In this document: positions 29,451 to 37,727 of the stretch, piece by piece
How the letters are laid out: each line of letters starts with the position of its first letter
Numbering within the stretch: position 1 is the stretch's first letter
Assembly (NCBI GenBank): GCA_038064835.1
Contig: JBBTSD010000010.1
Coordinates: forward strand, 1-61,958
Origin: Patescibacteria group bacterium
GTDB taxonomy: Bacteria; Patescibacteriota; Minisyncoccia; Phycocordibacterales; UBA2100
DNA: 61,958 bases
Reading direction: 5' to 3'
Made by a program: the position numbers and the translations under genes
The notes under the pieces: model-generated
Told to the model about the DNA's origin: nothing
The model's input: the letters and a program-made list of their open reading frames with translations, nothing else
Database searches by the model: none

Positions 29451-29455
29451 GTTGG

Positions 29456-30907
29456 TTACACTATTTCCTTGCGTGGGAAGAGTGATGGTGGCATTTTATT
29501 CTCGAGAATCGCTCTCTTGATTATCTCGCTTGCTGTTGGCAAAAGCGGATTCAGTATCTGTGCGATCTTGTAAAGTTCTGTGACGGCTTCGGAAATCAGC
29601 TTCTTGCCTTCCGTGGGGTTTTCCTTAACCACAGCAAAAGGTTTTGTGTCGGTAATTGTTTTGTCCAAAGACTGAATCTTGCCCCACACAAAATGCGCGG
29701 CGCCATTTATGTCGTATCGATCCATACTGTCTGTGTACTCTTTTGGAAAATCGTCGGCACCTGGTCGATCAATAGGCATCTCTAAGTGTGTCTCGGCAAG
29801 CTTCATAACCCGAGCAACCAGGTTACCAAGACCATTTGCCAAGTTCCCGGTGTATGCCTCGTGAAAACGCTCTTTGGTAAAATCACTGTCTTCGAATACA
29901 GGCATCTCGCGCACGATGAAATACCGCAGAGCATCCGCGCCGTACTCTTTGATAAAATCAGTGGGGCTAATGACATTCCCCAGTGTTTTTGACATTTTCT
30001 GCCCTCCAGAGATAACATACCCATGGACAAACAAATGTGTCGGCAGTGGCACGCCAGCGGAAAGCAGGAAAGCTGGCCAGTAAATGGCGTGGAAGCGAGT
30101 AATCCCCTTCCCAATTGCGTGTATGCGAACACTTTCTTCTGCCGCCCAAAATTTTTGGTACGCATCGCCTTCGTCCGCATATCCAAGCGCATTTATGTAA
30201 TTTGAAAGGGCGTCCACCCAGACATACATGACCTGTCCTTCGTCACCAGGTACGGGCACGCCCCAATCACGCGCCCGGGCGCGACTGCGAGAAATGGATA
30301 TGTCTTCAAGACCGCCGCGTAAGAAAGAAAGCACTTCGTTCTTACGGGATGTGGGAATAATCCGCACTGTGTCCGTTTCGATTGCCTGTATTAAACGGTC
30401 CTGATAATTCCCTAGTTTGAAAAAATAGTTTTCCTCGGCCACCTCTTCAAGTTTCCGTCCTGGATGTTCAGGGCACTCTCCGTTTACTAAGTCTTTGTCG
30501 GTTTTAAACTCTTCGCACCCCACACAGTACAAACCGCTGTACGACTTTTTAGTTATGTCTTCAGGTTTGAATGCTTTCCACAACTTTTGCGCACCTCGTG
30601 CATGCCTGCTGTCAGCAGATGTTCTAATGAAATCATTGTTACTTACCGAAAGGTCTTTGAGCAAATCTGAAAAAAGTTGTGCGTGCCGATCAACATAGCT
30701 CCGCACCGGCTCACCTTCCTCTTCAGCCTTGAGCACATTTTTGAGGGCATTATCGTCCGTCCCTGACAGGAAGTACACCTCGTTCCCCACAAGCGCGTGA
30801 TAACGAGCTATTACATCGGCTTGTACAGCCTCCATGGCAAAGCCTATATGCGGGGCGGCATTCACATACGGAATAGATGTTGCTATGAAATAGGGCTTTT
30901 TGGACAT
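29456..30907 (-). CDS. metG: methionine--tRNA ligase (short form)
   Basis: The HIGH region is PYVNAAPHIGFA and the KMSKS motif is KMSKTLGN. A CxxC zinc knuckle (YCVGCEEF) is present. Confidence 0.93.
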   Translation of the reverse strand: MSKKPYFIATSIPYVNAAPHIGFAMEAVQADVIARYHALVGNEVYFLSGTDDNALKNVLKAEEEGEPVRSYVDRHAQLFSDLLKDLSVSNNDFIRTSADSRHARGAQKLWKAFKPEDITKKSYSGLYCVGCEEFKTDKDLVNGECPEHPGRKLEEVAEENYFFKLGNYQDRLIQAIETDTVRIIPTSRKNEVLSFLRGGLEDISISRSRARARDWGVPVPGDEGQVMYVWVDALSNYINALGYADEGDAYQKFWAAEESVRIHAIGKGITRFHAIYWPAFLLSAGVPLPTHLFVHGYVISGGQKMSKTLGNVISPTDFIKEYGADALRYFIVREMPVFEDSDFTKERFHEAYTGNLANGLGNLVARVMKLAETHLEMPIDRPGADDFPKEYTDSMDRYDINGAAHFVWGKIQSLDKTITDTKPFAVVKENPTEGKKLISEAVTELYKIAQILNPLLPTASEIIKRAILENKMPPSLFPRKEIV

Positions 30908-30952
30908 AGATACATTAGCGACGGGCAGTACACGCTACCTGACTGCAGATAG

Positions 30953-32011
30953 TCACGCAACTGGCGGGCTCGCTTCTCTGTTGCCACGACGGGCATCAAT
31001 ATCGCTAATGAGCTCTTGAACAATGGCCGCCATGGGCGCAGAAAGTAACATCCCCAGGAATCCTGCAAGCTTGGCACCGATAATAAGCCCTAAAATAACC
31101 ATAAGTGGTGGCACACCAACCACCTTGGTCACCACCAGTGGGTAAATAAGGTGGTTTTCGAATTGCTGGATGATGACATACAGGAACACGACACCGATTG
31201 CGAGAGTAACGCCGCCGTCAGTAAGTGCGATGGCAATAGCCGGAATCGAAGACAGTGTTGGGCCAAAAAGCGGGATAATTTCGAATGCCCCAGCCACCAC
31301 CGCGAGCAGAAGTGCATGCTTGATACCTAGAATGGTTAGGCCCAGGTATACCAACACCCCGACCACAAGCGCTAGGAGGAGTTGCCCTTGCATCCATAAT
31401 CCAATTTTGTATTGAGATCGACGCCACAAATCCAGTATGTACGATTCGTGCTTTGCCGGAGTGACAATCTTGAGAAAGTCTTCGATACCCTTTTCTTGAA
31501 GCGTGAAATAGAACGAAAAAACAAAAATAAGTATCAAACTCATGACCCCTCCAAATACAGAGCTCGCCGCTGAAAATGCGTCTTGTGAGAAATTCTGCAC
31601 CATACTGCGCGTCTGCTCAACAAGATCTTGAAGTGCCATGCCTGTACCGCTCGCCGAATTGAGAAGTGGCACATACTCTCCTGGTGCGCGGGCGAATGTA
31701 TCGGCGTATGTTGAAAGCGAAGCCACTAGCGTTGCAACCTCGGAGAGTAGCAACGGTAGAAAGAAGTAGAACAAGCTAACTGCACCTGCCACAAATGTGC
31801 CGTACACAATCAACACGGCAGCAACTCGGGGAATGCGTTTTCGCATAAACCACTGCGCAGCAGGTTCTATAGCCGACGCGATCACAATCGCCGTCAACAT
31901 GACAATAACCAAATCGGATAATTCGTACAGAAGCCAGGCACCCGCAAGAATCAGAAGCGTCTTTACAATCGTTGCAGAAGTGATGGATATGGAAAAGTTT
32001 TTTTCTGGCAT
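30953..32011 (-). CDS. AI-2E family (PerM-like) transporter
   Basis: Polytopic membrane protein with typical AI-2E topology and a GAFEIIPLFGPTLS motif. The start is moved to ATG 32011. Confidence 0.8.
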   Translation of the reverse strand: MPEKNFSISITSATIVKTLLILAGAWLLYELSDLVIVMLTAIVIASAIEPAAQWFMRKRIPRVAAVLIVYGTFVAGAVSLFYFFLPLLLSEVATLVASLSTYADTFARAPGEYVPLLNSASGTGMALQDLVEQTRSMVQNFSQDAFSAASSVFGGVMSLILIFVFSFYFTLQEKGIEDFLKIVTPAKHESYILDLWRRSQYKIGLWMQGQLLLALVVGVLVYLGLTILGIKHALLLAVVAGAFEIIPLFGPTLSSIPAIAIALTDGGVTLAIGVVFLYVIIQQFENHLIYPLVVTKVVGVPPLMVILGLIIGAKLAGFLGMLLSAPMAAIVQELISDIDARRGNREASPPVA

Positions 32012-32161
32012 GTTACTAGCATAGCATGCGCTCTGTCTATACAAAGAAAAGTAACTTCTCTCAGATGTTCTCAAGAGGCCACCAGAAACCTTACTTCTGG
32101 TGGCCTCCGATTCGGGGGTGTGAGGGGTTACAAAGAAAGAAGCCCCATCATAGGGCTTCAA

Positions 32162-32971
32162 TTAGCGGCTAATAAGCCGTTTAGTGAGGTTTACATCAGC
32201 AAGGAGCTCCTCACTGTTCCTCAACTTTCTCACAATACGGTACCAGGATGTGGGCACATCAGTTACTGTGGGCGCGACTGTACGCATCCACTCCATATGA
32301 AGTCCGACATCCCCCGTGTGTGGATTACGCCTCGTATAGTGAAGAATCTGGCAGTTCTTCATACCCGCCCTTCCCCCATCAGCAAAATGCTCGCGAGCAA
32401 ATTCTTCCGGGGTCATGTCTTCGTACAAAATACGAAGTGCCCAGAGCACCTCTCCGTGAGCGACGAGCAAAACCCGCTTTCCTATATATTCGCGAGCAAA
32501 CCGATCGCGCATGATTTCAAGACGCACACACACATCGGAGAGCCGTTCGCCTCCGTGTGGACGAAAGAAGTACGGTTCCTCATGTCGCTGTTGCAAAGCG
32601 ACACGAAAGGCTTCGAGACGACCCTTTTCGGTCATTTGTGTAAGAATGCCCCAGTCCCGCTCGTGCAAGTAGGGGCTTACCTCCCACAATGCACCAGGCA
32701 AATCTAAGTATGCGGCACTTTCTCGTGCGCGTACAAAACCCGAAACAAAGTGGGCGTCAAAAGGCGCCTCTGCGGTGAGATGTTTTTGTATCCATGTGGA
32801 CGCGACCCTTACCTGCTCAACTCCCTTGTCGGTCAAGCGAAACTGCGCATCCTGTCGCCGAAGGAATTCGGGCGTGAAGTCACTGTCGTCAGCATGGCGC
32901 GACCGACGGGCGGCCAAGTTTATCTCTGATTCTCCATGTCGCATAGCGACAATGTCGATGGGCATCGGCAT
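32162..32971 (-). CDS. histidine phosphatase (PGAM-like) family protein
   Basis: The RHG motif is VAMRHGESEINL. Also FVSGFVRARESAAYL, and a second His in LLVAHGEVLWAL. Confidence 0.8.
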   Translation of the reverse strand: MPMPIDIVAMRHGESEINLAARRSRHADDSDFTPEFLRRQDAQFRLTDKGVEQVRVASTWIQKHLTAEAPFDAHFVSGFVRARESAAYLDLPGALWEVSPYLHERDWGILTQMTEKGRLEAFRVALQQRHEEPYFFRPHGGERLSDVCVRLEIMRDRFAREYIGKRVLLVAHGEVLWALRILYEDMTPEEFAREHFADGGRAGMKNCQILHYTRRNPHTGDVGLHMEWMRTVAPTVTDVPTSWYRIVRKLRNSEELLADVNLTKRLISR

Positions 32972-33020
32972 CTAAATCTCCTCGTGTCCGGTGCCACAAT
33001 ACGCACCCAACGGATTCGCG

Positions 33021-34391
33021 TCAATGAGAAAGAATATCTACTAATTCAGTACTTGCGACCCGTCTTTGTGCACCCGAGTCGCGCTCTCGCACGGTAACGG
33101 TGCCGTCTTCGAGTGTCTGGAAATCAACAGTGACACAGTAGGGAGTACCAATTTCGTCCTGGCGGCGATACCTCTTACCAATGTTTCCATTATCGTCAAA
33201 TTCGCACATCATAGACTTCTTGAGGATATTGAAGACCTCGCGCGCTCTGCTTACCAACTCAGGTTTGTTTTTTAGGAGAGGAAACACTGCAGCTTTCTTG
33301 GGCGCAAGTCCGTAAGGGAGCTTGAACACGACGCGTGTCTCACCGTCCACCTCGTCTTCGTGGTAAAACTCAGCAAGCACGGCAAGGAATGTACGGTCAA
33401 CCCCGACTGATGTTTCAACAATGTGGGGGATGTATTTCTCGCCGGTATGAGGATCGGTATACAGAAGATTTGCCCCAGAATACTCTTGGTGCTGGGTAAG
33501 GTCGTAGGAACCTCGTGCGTGAATCCCTTCCAGTTCCTTGAAGCCAAACGGGAATTTGTATTCTATGTCCCATGCCGCTTTCGCATAGAAAACGAGATTT
33601 TCATGCTGATGCCAGTTAAGATTTTTTTCGTCGAATCCGAGGTCGAGATAATACTGCCATCGTTTCTGCTTCCAAATATCATACAGATGCATCGCTTCGT
33701 CTGGGTGCGTGAACAACTGCATTTCCATTTGTTCGAATTCGCGTTTACGGAAAATATATTGGCGTGGTGCAATTTCGTTTCGGAACGCTTTCCCCACCTG
33801 GGCAATACCGAAAGGTACCTTCACACGCGTTGTATCTACAACATTTTTAAAGTTTATATAAATCCCCTGGCATGTTTCCCCGCGTAAGTAGGTAGGCTCT
33901 TTAGTCCAATCGTTTGCAAAATTTCCAAGATTTGACTGCACGAGCAGATTAAATTTACGCACTGCGGTAAAACTCTTTTTGCCACAGTGCGGACAAGAAA
34001 TTGTAGAGCGATGCGCGTCAAAAATTTCATTTATTTCCTCGTCGCTCATTTTTTCATCAGCAAATGCGCCAGCGGCCTCGAGCAAGTGATCGGCACGCGA
34101 TCGTGTATGACATTCTTTACACTCCACCAATGGATCAGAAAACCCCCCGACATGCCCTGAAGCAACCCATACTTTTGGATGAGTAAAAATAGAGCTGTCC
34201 AGCCCCACGATATTGTCTTCTTCTTGAACCATGGCTTTCCACCAGGCACGCCGAATATTGTGCGCCAACTCTGCCCCGTACGGACCATAATCGTATACCC
34301 CTGTGAAGCCACCGTAGATCTCGGAGCTGGGATACACGAATCCACGCCGTTTTGCAAACGCTACTAGTGTGTCCATGGTGAGATCTTTCAT
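33021..34391 (-). CDS. glyQS: glycine--tRNA ligase (alpha2 dimeric type)
   Basis: RRGFVYPSSEIYGG...YDYGPYG, class II motifs, FRNEIAPR and VETSVGVDR. Confidence 0.93.
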   Translation of the reverse strand: MKDLTMDTLVAFAKRRGFVYPSSEIYGGFTGVYDYGPYGAELAHNIRRAWWKAMVQEEDNIVGLDSSIFTHPKVWVASGHVGGFSDPLVECKECHTRSRADHLLEAAGAFADEKMSDEEINEIFDAHRSTISCPHCGKKSFTAVRKFNLLVQSNLGNFANDWTKEPTYLRGETCQGIYINFKNVVDTTRVKVPFGIAQVGKAFRNEIAPRQYIFRKREFEQMEMQLFTHPDEAMHLYDIWKQKRWQYYLDLGFDEKNLNWHQHENLVFYAKAAWDIEYKFPFGFKELEGIHARGSYDLTQHQEYSGANLLYTDPHTGEKYIPHIVETSVGVDRTFLAVLAEFYHEDEVDGETRVVFKLPYGLAPKKAAVFPLLKNKPELVSRAREVFNILKKSMMCEFDDNGNIGKRYRRQDEIGTPYCVTVDFQTLEDGTVTVRERDSGAQRRVASTELVDILSH

Positions 34392-34453
34392 AGGGGTGAG
34401 TGTTTATGATACCTGTTTGCAGAAGACAAGCAAAGTGACCCGTATAGGGTTTT

Positions 34454-36415
34454 CTATTCAACCACAGCAGCTTCGAGCGCTGAAAAACCCTGGTCATCGA
34501 GCAGGTTAGTGTTTACCGCAGGATGATCCGTCTGAGTTACTGCGGTGGTGAACACATCTACCCCCTTGAAGGTAAGTGCACGGATTATTTCCGGTTGCTG
34601 ACCCACCTGACTCGACGACGGTGTAAATCCAACTGCAAATGCTACCTGCCGGGGCGGGACCGTCCCCACGCCCGCGCTTTGTGTAATATCCCCCACCGTC
34701 CACGATATAGTCCCGTCGAGCGAGTTGAATGTGATGCGCTCTTGGGCTGGGCTATACACACCAATCCATCGGACATAGGGCGGTAGCTCTGCGGTAACTA
34801 CTGCGTCCTTTATTTTGTTCGAGGTGTTTAGAAGGGTCAGCACCACTGCATAGGTCGTTTCTTCATTTACCTTTGGCGGCAAAGGTCCTACGCTCCCAAA
34901 CGGGTTTGAGTAGTAAAATCCTTGTGCAATAAGTTTTACATTTGATGCGAGCTTCAGTGTCTTGGTTACAGACGATTGAAGTGTTTCCGGAACCGACGAT
35001 TCGGCAATACGCTTGCCCGCCGCATGCACTGCAATATCGACAGCTGCCTCGCGCACCGATGCGATATCGCTTTCGGGTGGGACTTGAAACGAGAACGATA
35101 CTGTTCCTCTCTCACCTGGTTCGAGTACTTCGAGTACCCCGCGAGTTGTGGATTTATCAAACAAAATCGTGTTGTCGGCAGAACGATAGAAGCCATCAGG
35201 TGTCTTGACGCTTCCTTTGGCAACAGGCAGACCCGACAGGCGCGCCACAATGACTGCGTTAGTAATAGGTGTGGTCAGGTTATTCACCCACGGAATACCG
35301 ATAGTTACTGTGTCCCCTGCAGATATAACTCCCGCCTGCCCGTCGTTGGTGATTCTATTAACCAAAATGTCGAGACCTATGAATGGTCGTTCTATAACAA
35401 TCCGATGCACAGATTCTGCTAGAACAATATCTGTTTGTTTGTTTGTTTTCAGCTTTCTAGTGCCAGCCCGTGCACGGAATGTCCGATCATCACCTGCCTG
35501 TCCGGTAATTGTTCCGCGCACCGAGATAATTTTCTCGTCACCAGGACGAATATCTCCAAGCTCCCACACATCCCCATGAGCAGGTTCTGGTGTTCGTGAG
35601 TCGACGGTAAATCCGAATGGATATTCCATCTCAAGCAGCGCGTCCTTGAGCACTGTATCCGACCCTGAAGTCACTTTGGTGGTAAGGAGTATGCGCTGTC
35701 CTGGTATTGCCTCCTTGTTTGCCTCGAGCGAGAGCGAGAGCGGTGACGAGGAGAATGTAAACGGATACTCTTGTGGTGCAACAAAAATGGCACCTGAATT
35801 CGCAACGCGATACTCAAGTTCAACATGCACTAACCCTCGCGCGCTTTCCTTGCCGATAAATACTGCAGATACAGTTCCTTGGCGGCGCCCACCAGGCTCA
35901 ATACTGCCAAGAGCTATCCGTTGCTGTGGTAAATCGGTTATAAAATCTGTAGGCGAACGAGTGCCGTCAGGATATTTTACAATCAGATCAGCAAGCTCGA
36001 GCATGGCTTGATTACGGTTTACTACCGATATCTGCAACTCTGCTGGTTCGCCACCCACCACAAACGCAGGGCCACGCACACTGATATCGATATTACCCGG
36101 TGCGGCAACTGTTCCTCCTGACCCCACGGTGAAGTAATAAAAGAATATTCCCGCTGACCCGATAAAGAATACAACCGAACCGATGAGCGACCACCACAAT
36201 ACCCTGTTTGCCGCGGCTATAACCTTTGGGGCAAGTGTTGTCCCTGATACTCCAGCATCATGGTCTTCCCACTCGGAGGGCACACCGTAATCGATCGGTT
36301 TGAGCTCGCGACGAGGTCGTGTACGAATACCCTTTGAGAGAGCCCGAGAGTACATGGTCTGTCGAAGCTCGCGAAGTTTTTCGCTACGCGTAATATCTTC
36401 CTCATTCTCGAACAT
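34454..36415 (-). CDS. large membrane-anchored hypothetical protein
   Basis: 653 aa with a single N-terminal TM helix (VLWWSLIGSVVFFIGSAGIFFYYF) and a beta-rich ectodomain. Confidence 0.7.
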   Translation of the reverse strand: MFENEEDITRSEKLRELRQTMYSRALSKGIRTRPRRELKPIDYGVPSEWEDHDAGVSGTTLAPKVIAAANRVLWWSLIGSVVFFIGSAGIFFYYFTVGSGGTVAAPGNIDISVRGPAFVVGGEPAELQISVVNRNQAMLELADLIVKYPDGTRSPTDFITDLPQQRIALGSIEPGGRRQGTVSAVFIGKESARGLVHVELEYRVANSGAIFVAPQEYPFTFSSSPLSLSLEANKEAIPGQRILLTTKVTSGSDTVLKDALLEMEYPFGFTVDSRTPEPAHGDVWELGDIRPGDEKIISVRGTITGQAGDDRTFRARAGTRKLKTNKQTDIVLAESVHRIVIERPFIGLDILVNRITNDGQAGVISAGDTVTIGIPWVNNLTTPITNAVIVARLSGLPVAKGSVKTPDGFYRSADNTILFDKSTTRGVLEVLEPGERGTVSFSFQVPPESDIASVREAAVDIAVHAAGKRIAESSVPETLQSSVTKTLKLASNVKLIAQGFYYSNPFGSVGPLPPKVNEETTYAVVLTLLNTSNKIKDAVVTAELPPYVRWIGVYSPAQERITFNSLDGTISWTVGDITQSAGVGTVPPRQVAFAVGFTPSSSQVGQQPEIIRALTFKGVDVFTTAVTQTDHPAVNTNLLDDQGFSALEAAVVE

Positions 36416-36471
36416 GTCTCCAGTATATCAAGCGTGAAGGCAGTAAAATGACTTACATGGAACAGCGCACA

Positions 36472-37041
36472 TTACAAATTCGTTGCGGTCAGCGCACCGT
36501 TTACCCGGGCAGCCATATCTATCCGAGCAGCCCGAACTGTTTGCATATCGGTTTCGGTGTAAAGTGCATGGGCAAACAAAGCTTCGGTGAGACCCTCTTT
36601 CGAGATGTACCCTAGTGCATAGAGCATGCGTGTCACACACAGGAGCTCGGTATATGCTCGCACAGCGTCGGATCCGAGCGTCTCCCGAGCATTGACCAGT
36701 GTCTCGAAGAGATAGTCGTTACGGTCTTCTCCATGAACGAGGCGCAAGAGGAGCGAGGTAATCCTTGAAAACATTTCGGCATCTGCGTACGCAAGTGGCG
36801 GACAGACGAGTGCACTGCTCCCTACCAATCGCCACCCACGCTTTCCTTTCACGAGCGAAACCGAACTTCGCGCAAAAGTGGCCAGGCCATATCGCAGACG
36901 CGACGATTCGCGTCGTGCACTACTCGCACGGGCGCGCACCAAACCAAAGTCACGAGTGAAAAGGACGAACACTCTGTCTGCGTCTCCATACTCGCGAGCG
37001 CCCAACACAAGCGCTGGTGTGGTGTATTTTTCGTAGGCCAT
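36472..37041 (-). CDS. recO: DNA repair protein RecO (short)
   Basis: TTPALVLGAREYGDADRVFVLFTRDFGLVRARASSARRESSRLRYGL fits the RecO N-terminal OB pattern. Confidence 0.7.
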   Translation of the reverse strand: MAYEKYTTPALVLGAREYGDADRVFVLFTRDFGLVRARASSARRESSRLRYGLATFARSSVSLVKGKRGWRLVGSSALVCPPLAYADAEMFSRITSLLLRLVHGEDRNDYLFETLVNARETLGSDAVRAYTELLCVTRMLYALGYISKEGLTEALFAHALYTETDMQTVRAARIDMAARVNGALTATNL

Positions 37042-37053
37042 ACTACGACCATG

Positions 37054-37344
37054 TTACTCCATGTGCCCACTCGGATACTGAGTACGAAGATCGGACAGGA
37101 AGTCGTCGAGCGCTTCGCGAGTGTCTTTTTGTATACGCATGGCAACCTCGCGACACGCCTGCACAAATTCTTCGGTAGTACCAAATGCCTCGGCGCGTTC
37201 GGCCAAACGCGCCATGTCAGCCTCATATTGTTTGTCGTAGGCACCGATGATGGCATCGACTGCTTCATTTATATCAGCAAGCTCGACGCCGTGCTTCTCG
37301 ATAACCTCGTCGATCATCTTTTTCAGGTCTTCAGGGTTTTGCAT
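37054..37344 (-). CDS. hypothetical helical protein
   Basis: The start is placed tentatively at Met39 (MQNPEDLKKMIDEV) of the 134-aa ORF. The longer ORF overlaps the upstream ORF by 128 nt. Confidence 0.4.
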   Translation of the reverse strand: MQNPEDLKKMIDEVIEKHGVELADINEAVDAIIGAYDKQYEADMARLAERAEAFGTTEEFVQACREVAMRIQKDTREALDDFLSDLRTQYPSGHME

Positions 37345-37723
37345 AGCGTGTTTCAACACCAGTGAGACGCGTTTCAACCACCGAAGCCTTTCGTTTAATT
37401 GCATCTGCCAGTGCTCCAAAAAACTCACTGGTATCAGCGACTGTTTTTGAGACCGCACCTTTCAGCATTGGAGCGTTACTTGGGGACGCAATGCGCGCCG
37501 CACCTGCTATCCCAAGGTACCCTGTATTAACGACAATGCGTAGTGCACTCAGAAGAGTTGTTCGCGCAAGAACCCCCCGCGAATCTCGATATTCTCGCTC
37601 GATGGTTGCAAGCGCCGCTTGAACGATTGGATCTGCCAAACGCCCACTGATTTCCGCTTTTATAGTAGGGACATCTTTCCCTGTCCTCCAGTCATCAACG
37701 ACTTTATTTATACCTTCTCCCAT
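37331..37723 (-). CDS. hypothetical protein
   Basis: 130-aa ORF immediately downstream of ileS. Confidence 0.45.
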   Translation of the reverse strand: MGEGINKVVDDWRTGKDVPTIKAEISGRLADPIVQAALATIEREYRDSRGVLARTTLLSALRIVVNTGYLGIAGAARIASPSNAPMLKGAVSKTVADTSEFFGALADAIKRKASVVETRLTGVETRYAKP

Positions 37724-37727
37724 CTGT

